A stretch of DNA of 64,000 nt, from contig OZ360222.1 of the NCBI GenBank assembly GCA_977017645.1, forward strand, positions 34,596,001-34,660,000. The letters are read 5' to 3'. Origin of the DNA: Torpedo marmorata (lineage: Eukaryota). Below, one piece after another: positions 46,801-58,800 of the stretch (positions are counted from its first letter, which is position 1; the number at the start of each line of letters is the position of its first letter). The notes beneath the pieces are model-generated. The model made no database searches. It saw only the letters and a list, made by a program, of their open reading frames with translations, and was not told the origin of the DNA. Both the position numbers and the translations under genes were made by a program.

Positions 46801-49800
46801 TTGAATTATCTGTTGATTGACCCCCTTTAAGGACCTCCGTTGAATTATCTGTTGATTGACCCCCTTTAAGGACCTCAATTGAATTATCTGTTGATTGACC
46901 CCCTTTAAGGACCTCCGTTGAATTATCTGTTGATTGACCCCCTTTAAGGACCTCCATTGAATTATCTGTTGATTGACCCCCTTTAAGGACCTCAATTGAA
47001 TTATCTGTTGATTGACCCCCTTTAAGGACCTCCGTTGAATTATCTGTTGATTGACCCCCTTTAAGGACCTCCGTTGAATTATCTGTTGATTGACCCCCTT
47101 TAAGGACCTCAATTGAATTACCGGTATCTGTTAATTGACCCCCTTTAAGGACCTCCGTTGAATTATCTGTTGATTGACCCCCTTTAAGGACCTCAATTGA
47201 ATTACCGGTATCTGTTGATTGACCCCCTTTAAGGACCTCCGTTGAATTATCTGTTGATTGACCCCCTTTAAGGACCTCAATTGAATTACCGGTATCTGTT
47301 GATTGACCCCCTTTAAGGACCTCTGTTGAATTATCTGTTGATTGACCCTCCTCAACAGCCTCCATTGAATTTGTGATGCCTACTCTAATTGGATCAGGCA
47401 CACAAAATACTGAATCAGCAACCTTACGTTCATCTTCCAATTGTTGAAGAACAAAAGAATTGTGCTTTGTACGAAGTTGTTCTTCATTTTCAAAAACATT
47501 ATTCTCTGGAGTCTTTTTAATGGATTCACTCATTTTAGTTTCCAGTGAGTCTAACAGAATTGTTTCCCCATTGTTCACCAAAGCAGGCTTTTGATTCATC
47601 TCTGTAGGCATTTGCTGTTCCATAGCTTCATCCCCATCACCATCTTCCAATACTAAAGTGAAGTTGTCTTCAATATTATGGTATTCTGTGACCAGAACTT
47701 CATCCCTTTCAGCCTCGCTCAAAACTTTAGCTTTGTCATTGGATTGGTCTGGAAGATCAAAGTCACATTCATCAGCATGCATAACTGTTTTAAATACAAC
47801 TGGTTCATGCAGTTTCAGCTCTATGGACACCACAGAGCAAGACTCTTCTCCTCGAGCATCAACTTCAAATCCTTCATTGACATCCTGTAATCATAAAAAG
47901 ATATTTGCTGTAGTTATAGAAGTCATTCTTTTAAGCACATGTCGACACAGCATGCATAATGCACTGTTTAAAGAAGAATTTGTAATCTATTTTAAATACT
48001 CCTACACAAATGGATAACAAATTTGAAAATAATGCTATATTACCCATTTATGTTATTTTTCTCAATGAACATTGCTACCTTCATTGACAGATAAAAGCGG
48101 TTTTCAAAATAGGAAAGATTAATTGATAGATTTGTCCTCAGCAAGAACTCTGTAAACATATTCTCTCAAAAAGCTTCATTTTGGTATTTGCCTGAAATTG
48201 CTTCAAATGAGGTGGAAAACGATTACAAGGAAATGCAAAAAGGGGAAGTTGAAATCAAACCTCAAAAGGGTAGATACACTAATTTGAGGTGATTTCAGGA
48301 AATCCTTAGCACAAAGTTTTCACCTTGTGAACACATTTTATGGTTAAGGCAATGCAGGAAAACAGTAGAACAACTTAAAATTTTAGTCCCATGATTTACA
48401 GCATAGATCTGATCAAAATAAATGAGGGATTATGCTGAATGGTTGGGCTGAAGGGCATCACTCAATGAAAAGCCCAATATCAATTTTTTTTTAAAATCAC
48501 AAATATTTGTATTAATTTTGTCCTCATTTCACTTTAAATCCTTACACTTCAAAAGCCACAATCATGGTGGAAGCTAATCTGAAAAGTAAATGGGATTGCT
48601 ACCTGTACATGAATGGAAATAGTTATTTGGTAGCAATGTGTTCAGATGTTATTTTAGGAGCATCATGTCATAAAAATGGTCCTAGAAGTAGTTACAATCT
48701 TGTAAACCTACAAACATTAAAGAGCAAAGGATGGAAAGCTTTCACAGCAGAATATAGGACACAGTTATAATTTGTTCAGAAGTTGTTCCTTTATGCTAAT
48801 CAGGGTTCCATGTCACCAAAACTGTAAAACTGGCTACTGTGTCTTTGATGTGAACCTTCAATAATCCAGAAATACAAACTCCAAGACAAAAGACAATTAA
48901 AAATACAGTTGCATGACAGCCGAGTAGAAAGTGATTTTTGAAGTAATTTGAGGACAACATTTTTTGCTAAATTAATGAGAAGCAGGTTGTGTATTTACAC
49001 AAATTGGAAGTAAGAAAATATATTTTGTAGCACCATTCTAATGAGAACTGGAGAGTGTTGTTCATATTACCTGTAAAAACTGAGTATTTACTGGAATTGA
49101 AACTGCTACTGACTCATCCTGTGTGCATTCAGCAATATCGTCCACCATTTTAACATCACTTCCTTCATATCCTGATAATGCTAATTCCATTTTCTCATTT
49201 CTTGTCTCTGTTTCAGTAATGTCCTTATTGTCAACTATGATCAAAGCTGGCAAAGAAATAAAGAGAAAAAAAATTACCAATTTTATTTTCCTTGTATTTA
49301 AATATAAAATAAAAAAGGTATTATATCAATCTTGTTTTTAGAGGAGCACAGAGAAGCATTAAACAGTTTTGTTTATTCTCCACATTAGTCGACCATATGA
49401 TTCAATATGTCAAACAGAGCCCTTTATAAATGTAGACTGTTGAGAAGTCTTCTACCTTCACAATTCCCACAGAACCCCTTCATTCCACCATTCAAAACAA
49501 AATTGCATGCTGTTTCAATATTTCTATGTGTCAAGGAGAGAAAAATATAGCACACATCTTTTCTCCATCTTTTATTATGGATAACCTTTGAAGTTCTAAA
49601 TTAAGGAATTAAATAAAAATCACTGCAAGGACATTCAAAGGCACAAATGATGGATTGAGAAAAAGGAACCTCCAATTACAACCTTTTGTAACCAAAGTTC
49701 AGATCTTTTCCTTTCAACTGGTAAACCAGTTGATATTTCATTTTTTAAATTTAATTTAGACATACAGCACACGGTGATAGGCTATTTCGGCCCACGAGCC

Positions 49801-52800
49801 CATGCTGCCCAATTACACCCAATTAACCTACAACCCCCAGTACGTTTCGAACGGTGGGAGGAAACCGGAGCCCCCGGGGAAAACCCATACAGACACAGGG
49901 AGAACATACAAACTCCTCACAGACAGCGCGGGATTCATACCCCGGTCCCGATTGCTGGCGCTGTAACAGCGTTGCGCTAACCGTGCCGCCCGAGCTGCAA
50001 TCAGGAACTATATGGAAATTCACATTATACATGTTTTATGGTGGCTTCTGGTTAATCCCTTGAGAATGTCTCATCATTCAATGTTAATCTGATTCAATCC
50101 CATATCACCACCTCAATTCTGCATCCTTAATGTTTTACCCAACATTAAAGTATTAGTGAAACAAAAAAGTCTGCAGACGCTGTGATTGTAGTAAAAACGC
50201 AAAAATGCTGGAGGAACTCAGCAGGTCTCGCAGCATCCATGGGAGGTAAAGATAATATAACCAACGTTTCGTGCTGAGCCCTTCGTCAATGTATGAGCAA
50301 AAAGCAGGCAGGAGCCTGAATAAAATAATGGGGGGGAGGAGGGAAGAAGAGGCAGGGGGAGGAGTACCATCAGTCTTAGTCTTGATATTTCCACCTATCT
50401 CACCTGAAAATTTGGTTTCAGCAACTACCCAGCTCCCATTTGAAAGTTATAATCCATATTCTCAGCCCTGTCAAAGGAAATAATTTCTTTCCACCCAATC
50501 AATTTTCATCATATTTTTAAAAAACAGATCAATTAGATGACCTCTTGCTCTTCTATGCTCAAAGGTCTACAACACACAAAAGTGCTGGAGAAACTCAGCA
50601 GGTCATGCAGCATCTATAGGAAGTAAAGGGTAAGCAACGTTTCAGGCCTGAGCCCTTCGTTAAGGTGTGAGAATAAAGCAAGCAGGCACCTGAATAAAAA
50701 ATGTAGGGGGAGGAGCGGAAGCAGGGGGAGGAGTACAGGCTAGCAGGCAAGAGGTCATAGGTAGATATGGGTGGGAGGGTAGAAGAGAAAAAAAGATGGG
50801 AAGTGATAGGGGAAGGGGTAGCTCTCTGAATGGAGAGGGCAGGAGGTGGGGAGCTGGTGCAAAGGGGACAGAGGGATAGGGATAGAAAAAGACGGGGGAG
50901 TGGTTTAACAGAAAATGGAGAAGTCGATGTTAATGCTGTCTGGTTGGAGAATGCCCAGACGGAATATTAGGCATTGTTCCTCCAATATGCGAGTAGCCTC
51001 GGTTTGGCAGTGCATGAGGCCATGAATAGACATGTCGGTGTAGGAATGGTGTGTGGAATTAAAATGGCTTGCCACTTGGAAATTTGCCTTCATACCAAAA
51101 GTGGTTCTCCAAGTAGGGTGCAACCACAGCTCAAAAACCTGTATCACTACTCTTACCCAGCTAGTGGAGACATTGCCACATCACGTTTAATGGAATTTTA
51201 AAGCAATTATAAAGATGTGGGGTTTTGACTTTTGGTCTTAGTGTCAAACACTGAAATAACAATCATTCTCATGTCTCGAAATCAAGATACTGAAAAATCT
51301 GCACTTGCAAATGCTTTTGATCAATTCAACTTGGGCATTTCCTCTTAATTCAGTTTTAAAAGCACCTTGGTTTTTTTGGGTGGAGTGGGAAAAGGAAGCC
51401 AAAAATGAGTGCACTTCGTTTTGACAGCTGAAAGGCTCATTAAATTTAGGGATATGCAGAGTCCAGAATTGGCGAAGTACACTTGTAAAAAATATGGTCA
51501 GGTAAGACCATAGAAAAAGTGCAAAGAATTTAAAAATTGATGTATTGCTTAATTGGGCACTAGTGTGGATCAGCAATCACAAAGGCAATAGATGTATGAG
51601 GCAGTGCAATTTGAAGCATAGGCAGTGGCGTTTTGGACAACCTCAAGAACAGAACTTCAGCAACATGGTGACAAAATGCACCAATAACATTTTTGTTTGC
51701 CCACGCACAACCAACATAACCCTCAAACCAGGATTTTTATATTTAAGCAATGAACAATACTTTGAACTTGGGAGAAAATGGAAGAGAGGAGGATAAATAA
51801 ATTAAAATTGGGCTTTAGAGGTATTGACAACAGACATTCCTTCTACAGCAGGAAAAGTTATACTATGCTGAACATATTGTTTGATTAGCTTTACAACAAG
51901 CAAGGAGAAAAGCTCTGGATTCCCAAAATGCAGGTACATTCAGCACATTTATATACTGGGTAGAACTGTGACTGAAGGATGACTAATGTCACCCAGAGAA
52001 ACAGCTATTAAAATGGATTATATGTTTGTAATTGTACTTGCAGTCATTCAATATTTAGAATGGCAACTAAAATTGACTGTCATTAATGGCAATTGTTTTA
52101 AACTTGTATTAAACGGTTAGCACAATGCTGTTACAGCGCCAGCGATCGGGATTCAAATCCCGCGCTGTAAGGAGTTTGAACGTTCTCCCCGTGTCTGCGT
52201 GGGTTTTCCCCAGGGCTCCAGTTTCCTCCCACCGTTCGAAACGTACCGGGGGTGTAGGTCAATCCGGTGTAAATTGGGCAGCATGGGCTCGTGGGCCTGT
52301 TACCGTGCTGTATGTCTAAATTTAATTTTTTTTTTTTTAAATTAAAATTTTAAATTTGGTTTAAATGGCTTGTTGTACATGAAATATATGCAAAGTGGAT
52401 GTTGTCCAAGGATAACCCTTTGATTCCTGGGGAAAATGTAGTCGTCTTTCTGCACGAAAGATTGTTTTAAGAGCAAATATAATTTAAAGGAACAAAGAAA
52501 GCAGAGTTTTAGGATTAGTTTTGACATGCTTAAGTAGTAGGTGGCATAAACATTTGTCAAAAGGCCTCCTGCTGTGTGATATGTTGAAAAGATGTTTCTG
52601 ACGATAACTGCATCTATTTCCCTCAATTTTATGCTAAAATGACAAAATTGTCAAGTTATCTAGATAGTGACTAGCACACATACACACATGTAACAAAATT
52701 AATTAAAGGAAGTTGACTGTTGTATTATGAGCTTACGTAACAATCATCACCTTTCTGAAATGATGTAAATACTATAAAGAAGAAAATGCTTATAATAATA

Positions 52801-55800
52801 TGCAACTAATATGCAAAGTATTCCAAAGTATTTAAGAAACTCTTTAACTGCTATATAATCACAAGCCTCTCGTTCATGTTAATAAATTATGATCTTCCAA
52901 GGGCATTGTGCAATCTACAAGTACACAATACTAGTTTACAGAAATAAGGTTAAAGACAACAAATTAAGCAGTTTGGTTTATGGCATTTTACACACATTTT
53001 TGTTTGGAGGATATGTCACTGATTTCGATTTCATAGATAAATCCATTTCAGTTGTTTTCAAATGTTTCTTGGTAAACAAACCTGTTGACTGCAGATGCTG
53101 CATTAAAAACAATTTGAAAGAAAAGCTAGCTCACCTGTAGAAGTAAGCTGGTTTTATTTAAACTACAGTAAAACCCCCGGCACCTACGGGGATTGGTAGA
53201 TGCCGGATAAGTGAATTTGCCGGTTGCTTGAGATTGCGTGATTGGCGAATTAACCGCAAGAGGGTACCAATTTTAAACTTTCGGATAACGTGGATTATGC
53301 TGGAGATGGACATTTTAAACTGAAGAGAAGCTATGATACATACGATCAGCATCTGTAGTGGATGGATGTAGAATGTCTTCACTCTGGACCACTCTTTCAT
53401 TTTCCCCGGCTACCTGAGACAGCAATTGCTCCTCTTGCTTTTCTGGATGCATTCTTTCACTGCATATTCAAACAGATATAACAGAATCAACAGTGCAGAA
53501 AGTTGTCTTTTAACCTAATTTGTTAATGCTAGTATTCATACGCACATTTTCTCCCACATCATGGTCAGAAACCTGTTTTCAACATACAGGTATTCATCTA
53601 ACCCCCTTTGCATATTTTTTATTCCCTTATGTACTCATCTAATTTCCCCTTACATATATAGTATCTACTTGTTCCACGGCTCACATTCTAATCACTCTGT
53701 ATAAAAGATTTTTCCCATTATCTTCCTAGATTTATGGGTTACGATCTGTATTTATAATCCACATCTGGAATCACCTCATTCAGTTCTTACCTATCACTGT
53801 CCTTAATTTAAAAGATGTCAATCAAGTATACTCAGCTTTCTAATTGTGCTATTAACATAGTTAATGTTGCAATGTGCTACTACTATAGAGTACCATTCTT
53901 TTGATCTAAAATACCTTAAGAATCAGACTTGCAATTTTCAACCTCAACACATATCTTGGCTAATGATTCAGAGAAAACTGCATGGGAACAGAATCTTCTC
54001 ATTTCTACTTTCCCAGAAGCATGTTGCGTTCAATTCAAATATTCGTGATTCAGTTCATAAATTCTTCTGGGCCATAGTCATGCAGATGGAAATTGACCCT
54101 TCAGCCCATTTACATACTTGGATTTTAAAAAAATGCAAGAGATTCTTTCAGACAGAAAAGAAATAAATATTCCACTTAATTGAATTCTTATCTAAAAGCA
54201 TGAGGACTATTTTATCAATAAGCATAACATATTGAAAAAGAGATTGAAAGCCAGTTATATGATGGAAAGTAAGATGTGGTAGCAGTTCATGGAATAATTG
54301 GTTCAACTTGTAGGTAATGCTCTCGTAAAAAGGTAATTAATGAGGGGAGTCAAGCACGACATCCTTTCTGCAACCACAGGCTTCAAAGTGCTCCTTCCAG
54401 ACCCCACTAACTTCTGTCAGATTATGTCATTGGCTGCCTCTTTCAAAGAGCTGAGGTTGTACCAAGTATTGTTGGGAACTATTATTAAGCCTGCTGCCAG
54501 GCTAGTTACTGTATTGAGCAGCCAGACAAACGATAGCCATGTTCTACAAACAGGCAAATGCTCGTTGTCTGGATGAACCCATATACAACGGGTACAAGAG
54601 CAGAGGGGGAAAACAAATCAATTTTCAAGGTCAGAATCTAATAATTGTAAAGCAAGTAGTTTTAGACTTGGGAAAATTCTCATCCCTGCAATTGTCAGTA
54701 ACAACAGAAAATACGGGGAAAATTTTGTATTCAAGTAATGCAAAAGTTAAATGTAAAATTATTGCAATCATACCCCTCATTAGATGATTTCAGGTTATGC
54801 GTCAGCAGAACTGCTTCTTCATTACTTGAGCAGATGAATGCTGCAGTATCACTTTCATTCTTGTCAATGTCCAAAACTATCAACAGAGAGTGTATAGTAG
54901 TTACTGAATTTATTTATGTTAAAATTCAGACCAAGGAATTGAGGAAACACTGCAACTCCCTGTTCATAACCAAAATGACCCACTTCTTCAGTGCATACAG
55001 CAACACCCCAAAGCTAATCAACAAATAACGAAGTCCAAATAGATTACTCCTTCTGACCTTCAGCGGGATACAATGAGTTCATTATTTATGCAGAGAGGCC
55101 TCTTTAATGAATATGATGGTCTCTTGTAACGTGTGGCATAATACAAACAAACATTAATGTGTATAGCAGCAGATTTACGTGCCAATATAAAACAACAAAT
55201 TTTGGCAAAAACATACCTTCTTCACTCTCAAAGGTTGGTCCATTATCTACATTGCAGAGTTCATTTTCAGCCACTTCCTTGTTTTTAGGCTGAGAAAATT
55301 CACTGGTAATGTGCCCGTCTGTGACATTTACAGAAGTAGGATCACAACTTAAGATTCTCTCCTCATGCAAAACCAATTCGTCCGCAGAAACCGTTTTTCC
55401 CATTTCCTTGGATATGTCCCCTCTATCCAGGGACTCAGCAGCATCCACATATTCTTCCATGGACCAGTCTTCTGTTTTTCCAGAGCTATCAACATCATCT
55501 TTATTAGCATCTTTGTCAGTTCTAGAAAGACCAACCATTTCCACTTGCGCAAAGAGTACTTCATTATCTGGGGTTAATTCACTTGTGACCTGATTGTCTG
55601 TAGTTGAAGGCCATGATTCAATAGATGGCGTGCGTGGGATCTGTTTGGATGATGAAGGCGGCAGTTGTAATTCATCAACTGATGCATCCTTGATTTTAAA
55701 GAAAAATGTCAATAAAATAAATTAACCAATGGGTTGCCATGCCACTTATGAAAATCAACACTGCAAAAGGCTCTAGATTACAAATCCCAGTGGCCAACCA

Positions 55801-58800
55801 TTTTAATTCCACAAACCATCCCCACACCAACATGTCCATCCATGGCCTTGTTCACTGCCAAACTGAGGAACAACACCTAATATTTCATCTGGGCACTCTC
55901 CAGACAGCATGAACATTTACTTGTCCAGTTTCTGTTACACCCCTCCCCCAAATTTCTCTCTTTCCCAATCCCTCTGTCTCCTTTCCTCCAGCTCCCCAAA
56001 CCTATCCCTTCCCTCTCCCCCATCACTTTCTTCTCCCCTCTTCTACCCTCCCACATATCTCCACCTGTTTGCCTGTGCTCCTCCCCTTGCCCCTTCCTCC
56101 CTCCTCTCCTCATCTTTTTATTCAGGCACCTGGCTGCTTTTTGCTCATGCCTTGATGAAGGGCTCAGGCCTGATACATTGGTTACCCTTCACTTTTGTGT
56201 ATTGCAGATTATAAATTCTATTACTTTTGCTCAGCATATAATGATTATGAAAGACTAGACCGTACTAAGTATTTTTTGAAAGCTACTCTATGTAGAATTT
56301 ATGAAATGGCTGCAGAGTTATCAAGGAAGGGGGAAAAAAATCAATAGGCAAGCTCCCTTCATAAGTGTCTCCATGACCAGAATTTCATAACATTGCATTC
56401 AACCAATTTCCAATAACAGCAGGCACCTCAGTACAGAGCTCAGCAAGATGGTCACAACTTTTACTTTTGAAAGTGCTCAAATGGATGCCACAAAACTATT
56501 TGGGCCCCCATCAATCTCCCCAATCACCCTCAAAAACTAACTTTAGAAAGAAAGAGAATGGAAAGGGAGATAAAGTGGTCAAGGGACAACATATTCATTA
56601 CTCTTGCAACCCCTTTCAAATATAGAACGCCGCAGAAGCATTCAGTAAAATTTCACCTTGGCATTCACCTTTTTCTGGTTTAGTCCAACACAGTTTGTGT
56701 TCATAATGAACACTACATCTTGTTGACATAGTTGCTGAGAAGTTTAAAAATCACAATAAAATCACCTAGTTGAATAACTAGAGACATTCCAGAATCTGCA
56801 TTCCTTCTCTACAATGCTCAGGCTAAAAATCTTATTAAATTTATAACATACATTTGTACTCCCACCTCAGCCCCGAACATGGTTACTAATCTACCATGAC
56901 TATAAATGATAATTTAGAAACACATTTCAGAAATGAACTCAATACTCATTTCAGAATAGATCAGTACCATGCCACAATAAGAACACTAAAGGTATGAACC
57001 ACTGCTCAAATAACTACCGGTAGTTTGTTGACCTTTTCACCAGGTACATTAACCTAATGGTTTACAGCTACTTCCTTTCAAAAGGATCATTCCTTTTGTT
57101 TAAAAACATTATCTAAGTTAATTCTGATACACAAGCATCACACTTTTTCCATGTACCCCAAATACACCAATTAACCTACAAGCCCCATACATTTTTTTGA
57201 AGAATGGAAGGAAACCGGAGAACCCGAAGGAAATTCATGCAGACACGGAGAGAACATACAAACTCCTTGCAGACAGCGCCGGATTTGAGCCAGGGTTGCT
57301 GGTGCTGTAACAGCTTTGTGCTAACCGCTACGCTTTGAGAGGGGAAGGTCATGCCTCACGAGCCTAATTGAGTTGTTTGAGGAAGTAACAAAAGAAATTG
57401 ATGAAGGTAGGGCGGTAGATGTGGTTTGTATGGATTTTAGTGAGGCATTTGACAAGGTCCCCCATGAGAGACTCATTCAGAAAGTCCTGAGGCATGGGAA
57501 CCATGGAGCCATGGCCGTGTGGATTCAGAATTGGCTTGCCTGACGGAAAGTATTCTGCCTGGAGGTCAGTGACTAGTGGAGTTCCGCAGGGAGTTGTACT
57601 GGCTCTATGTGATTTTTATAAATGACCGAAATGAAGTGGAAGGATGGGTCAGCAAGTTTGTGGATGATACGAAGGTTGGAGGAGTTGTGGATAGTTTGAA
57701 GGTTGCTGTAGGTTACAAAAGATATAGACAGGATACACAGTTTGGTGGAAAAGTGGCAGATGGAGTTCAATCCTGAAAAGTGTGAGGTGATGCATTTTGG
57801 AAGGTCAAACCTGAAGGCTGAGTACAGGGTTGGATACTTAACAGTGTGGAAGAACAGAGGGACCTTGGGGTTCAAATCCATACATCTCTCAGGTTGCCAC
57901 ACAGGTTGATAGGAGAGTTAAGGTCTATGGGATGCGGGGCTTCATTAGTTGGGGGATTGAGTTCAAGAGGTCATGTTGCAGCTCTACAAAACTCTGATGA
58001 GACCACACTTAGAATATCGTGTTCAGTTCTGGTTACCTCATTATAGGAAGGGTTGGAAGCTATGGAGAGGGTGCAGAGGATATTTACCAGTATATTGCCT
58101 AGATTGGAAAATAAGTCTTATGAGGCAAGGTGAGCAGAGCTAGGGTTTTTCTCTTTGGAGCGTGGGGGGATGAGAGATGACTTAATAAGGTCAAGGGGCA
58201 GGAGTAGCAAACACCAGAGGACATCTGTACAAAGTGAAGGGAGAAAAGTTTAGGAGATACATTAGGGGCGTTTTTTAAATTTTTATTTAAAATAGAGTTG
58301 TGGGTGCCTGGAATGCCTTGCCAGGGGTGGTGGTGGAGGCTGGAATATTAGGGGCATTAAAGAGACTCCTAGACAGGCACATGGATGAAAGAAAAATAGA
58401 GGGTTATGAGGTAGGGAGGGTTTAGTTTTTATTTTGGTAGGAATATGTAGGTCGGCACAATATTAAGGGCCTGTACTGTGGTGTTCTCTGTTCTAACCGT
58501 GCCGCCCATTTTGACACAATATTCACTCAGCCTGTTACAAAATTTATAATAACGAACAAGATTATGAACACTGATTAAAAAATATTGTAAACACAAGAAA
58601 CAGGAGGAGGAGTCACCCATCTGGTCTGTTGAACCTGCTCTCCCATTCAATAAGATCACAGCTGATCTGACCATGGACTCCGCCCCACGTACTTTCGTCT
58701 TTAATTCAAAAATGTTTCTGAGTTTTAAATATATTTAATAAGTTAGCCTCCACTGCTTCGCCGAGCAGAGAATTCCACAGATTCACTATTTGCTGGAGGA

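Noticed and set aside
46511-47347. Regular 39-bp repeats as a possible CRISPR array
   Set aside because: Units are contiguous with no unique spacers, lie in frame in a vertebrate exon, and no cas genes are present.
46789-47355. Alternative-frame ORFs (RSLKGVNQQIIQ repeats)
   Set aside because: Off-frame reading of the ELYS coding repeat.
52995-53098. Possible extra AHCTF1 exon (GLFTKKHLKTTEMDLSMK...)
   Set aside because: An open frame and acceptor exist, but I found no convincing donor in the required phase.
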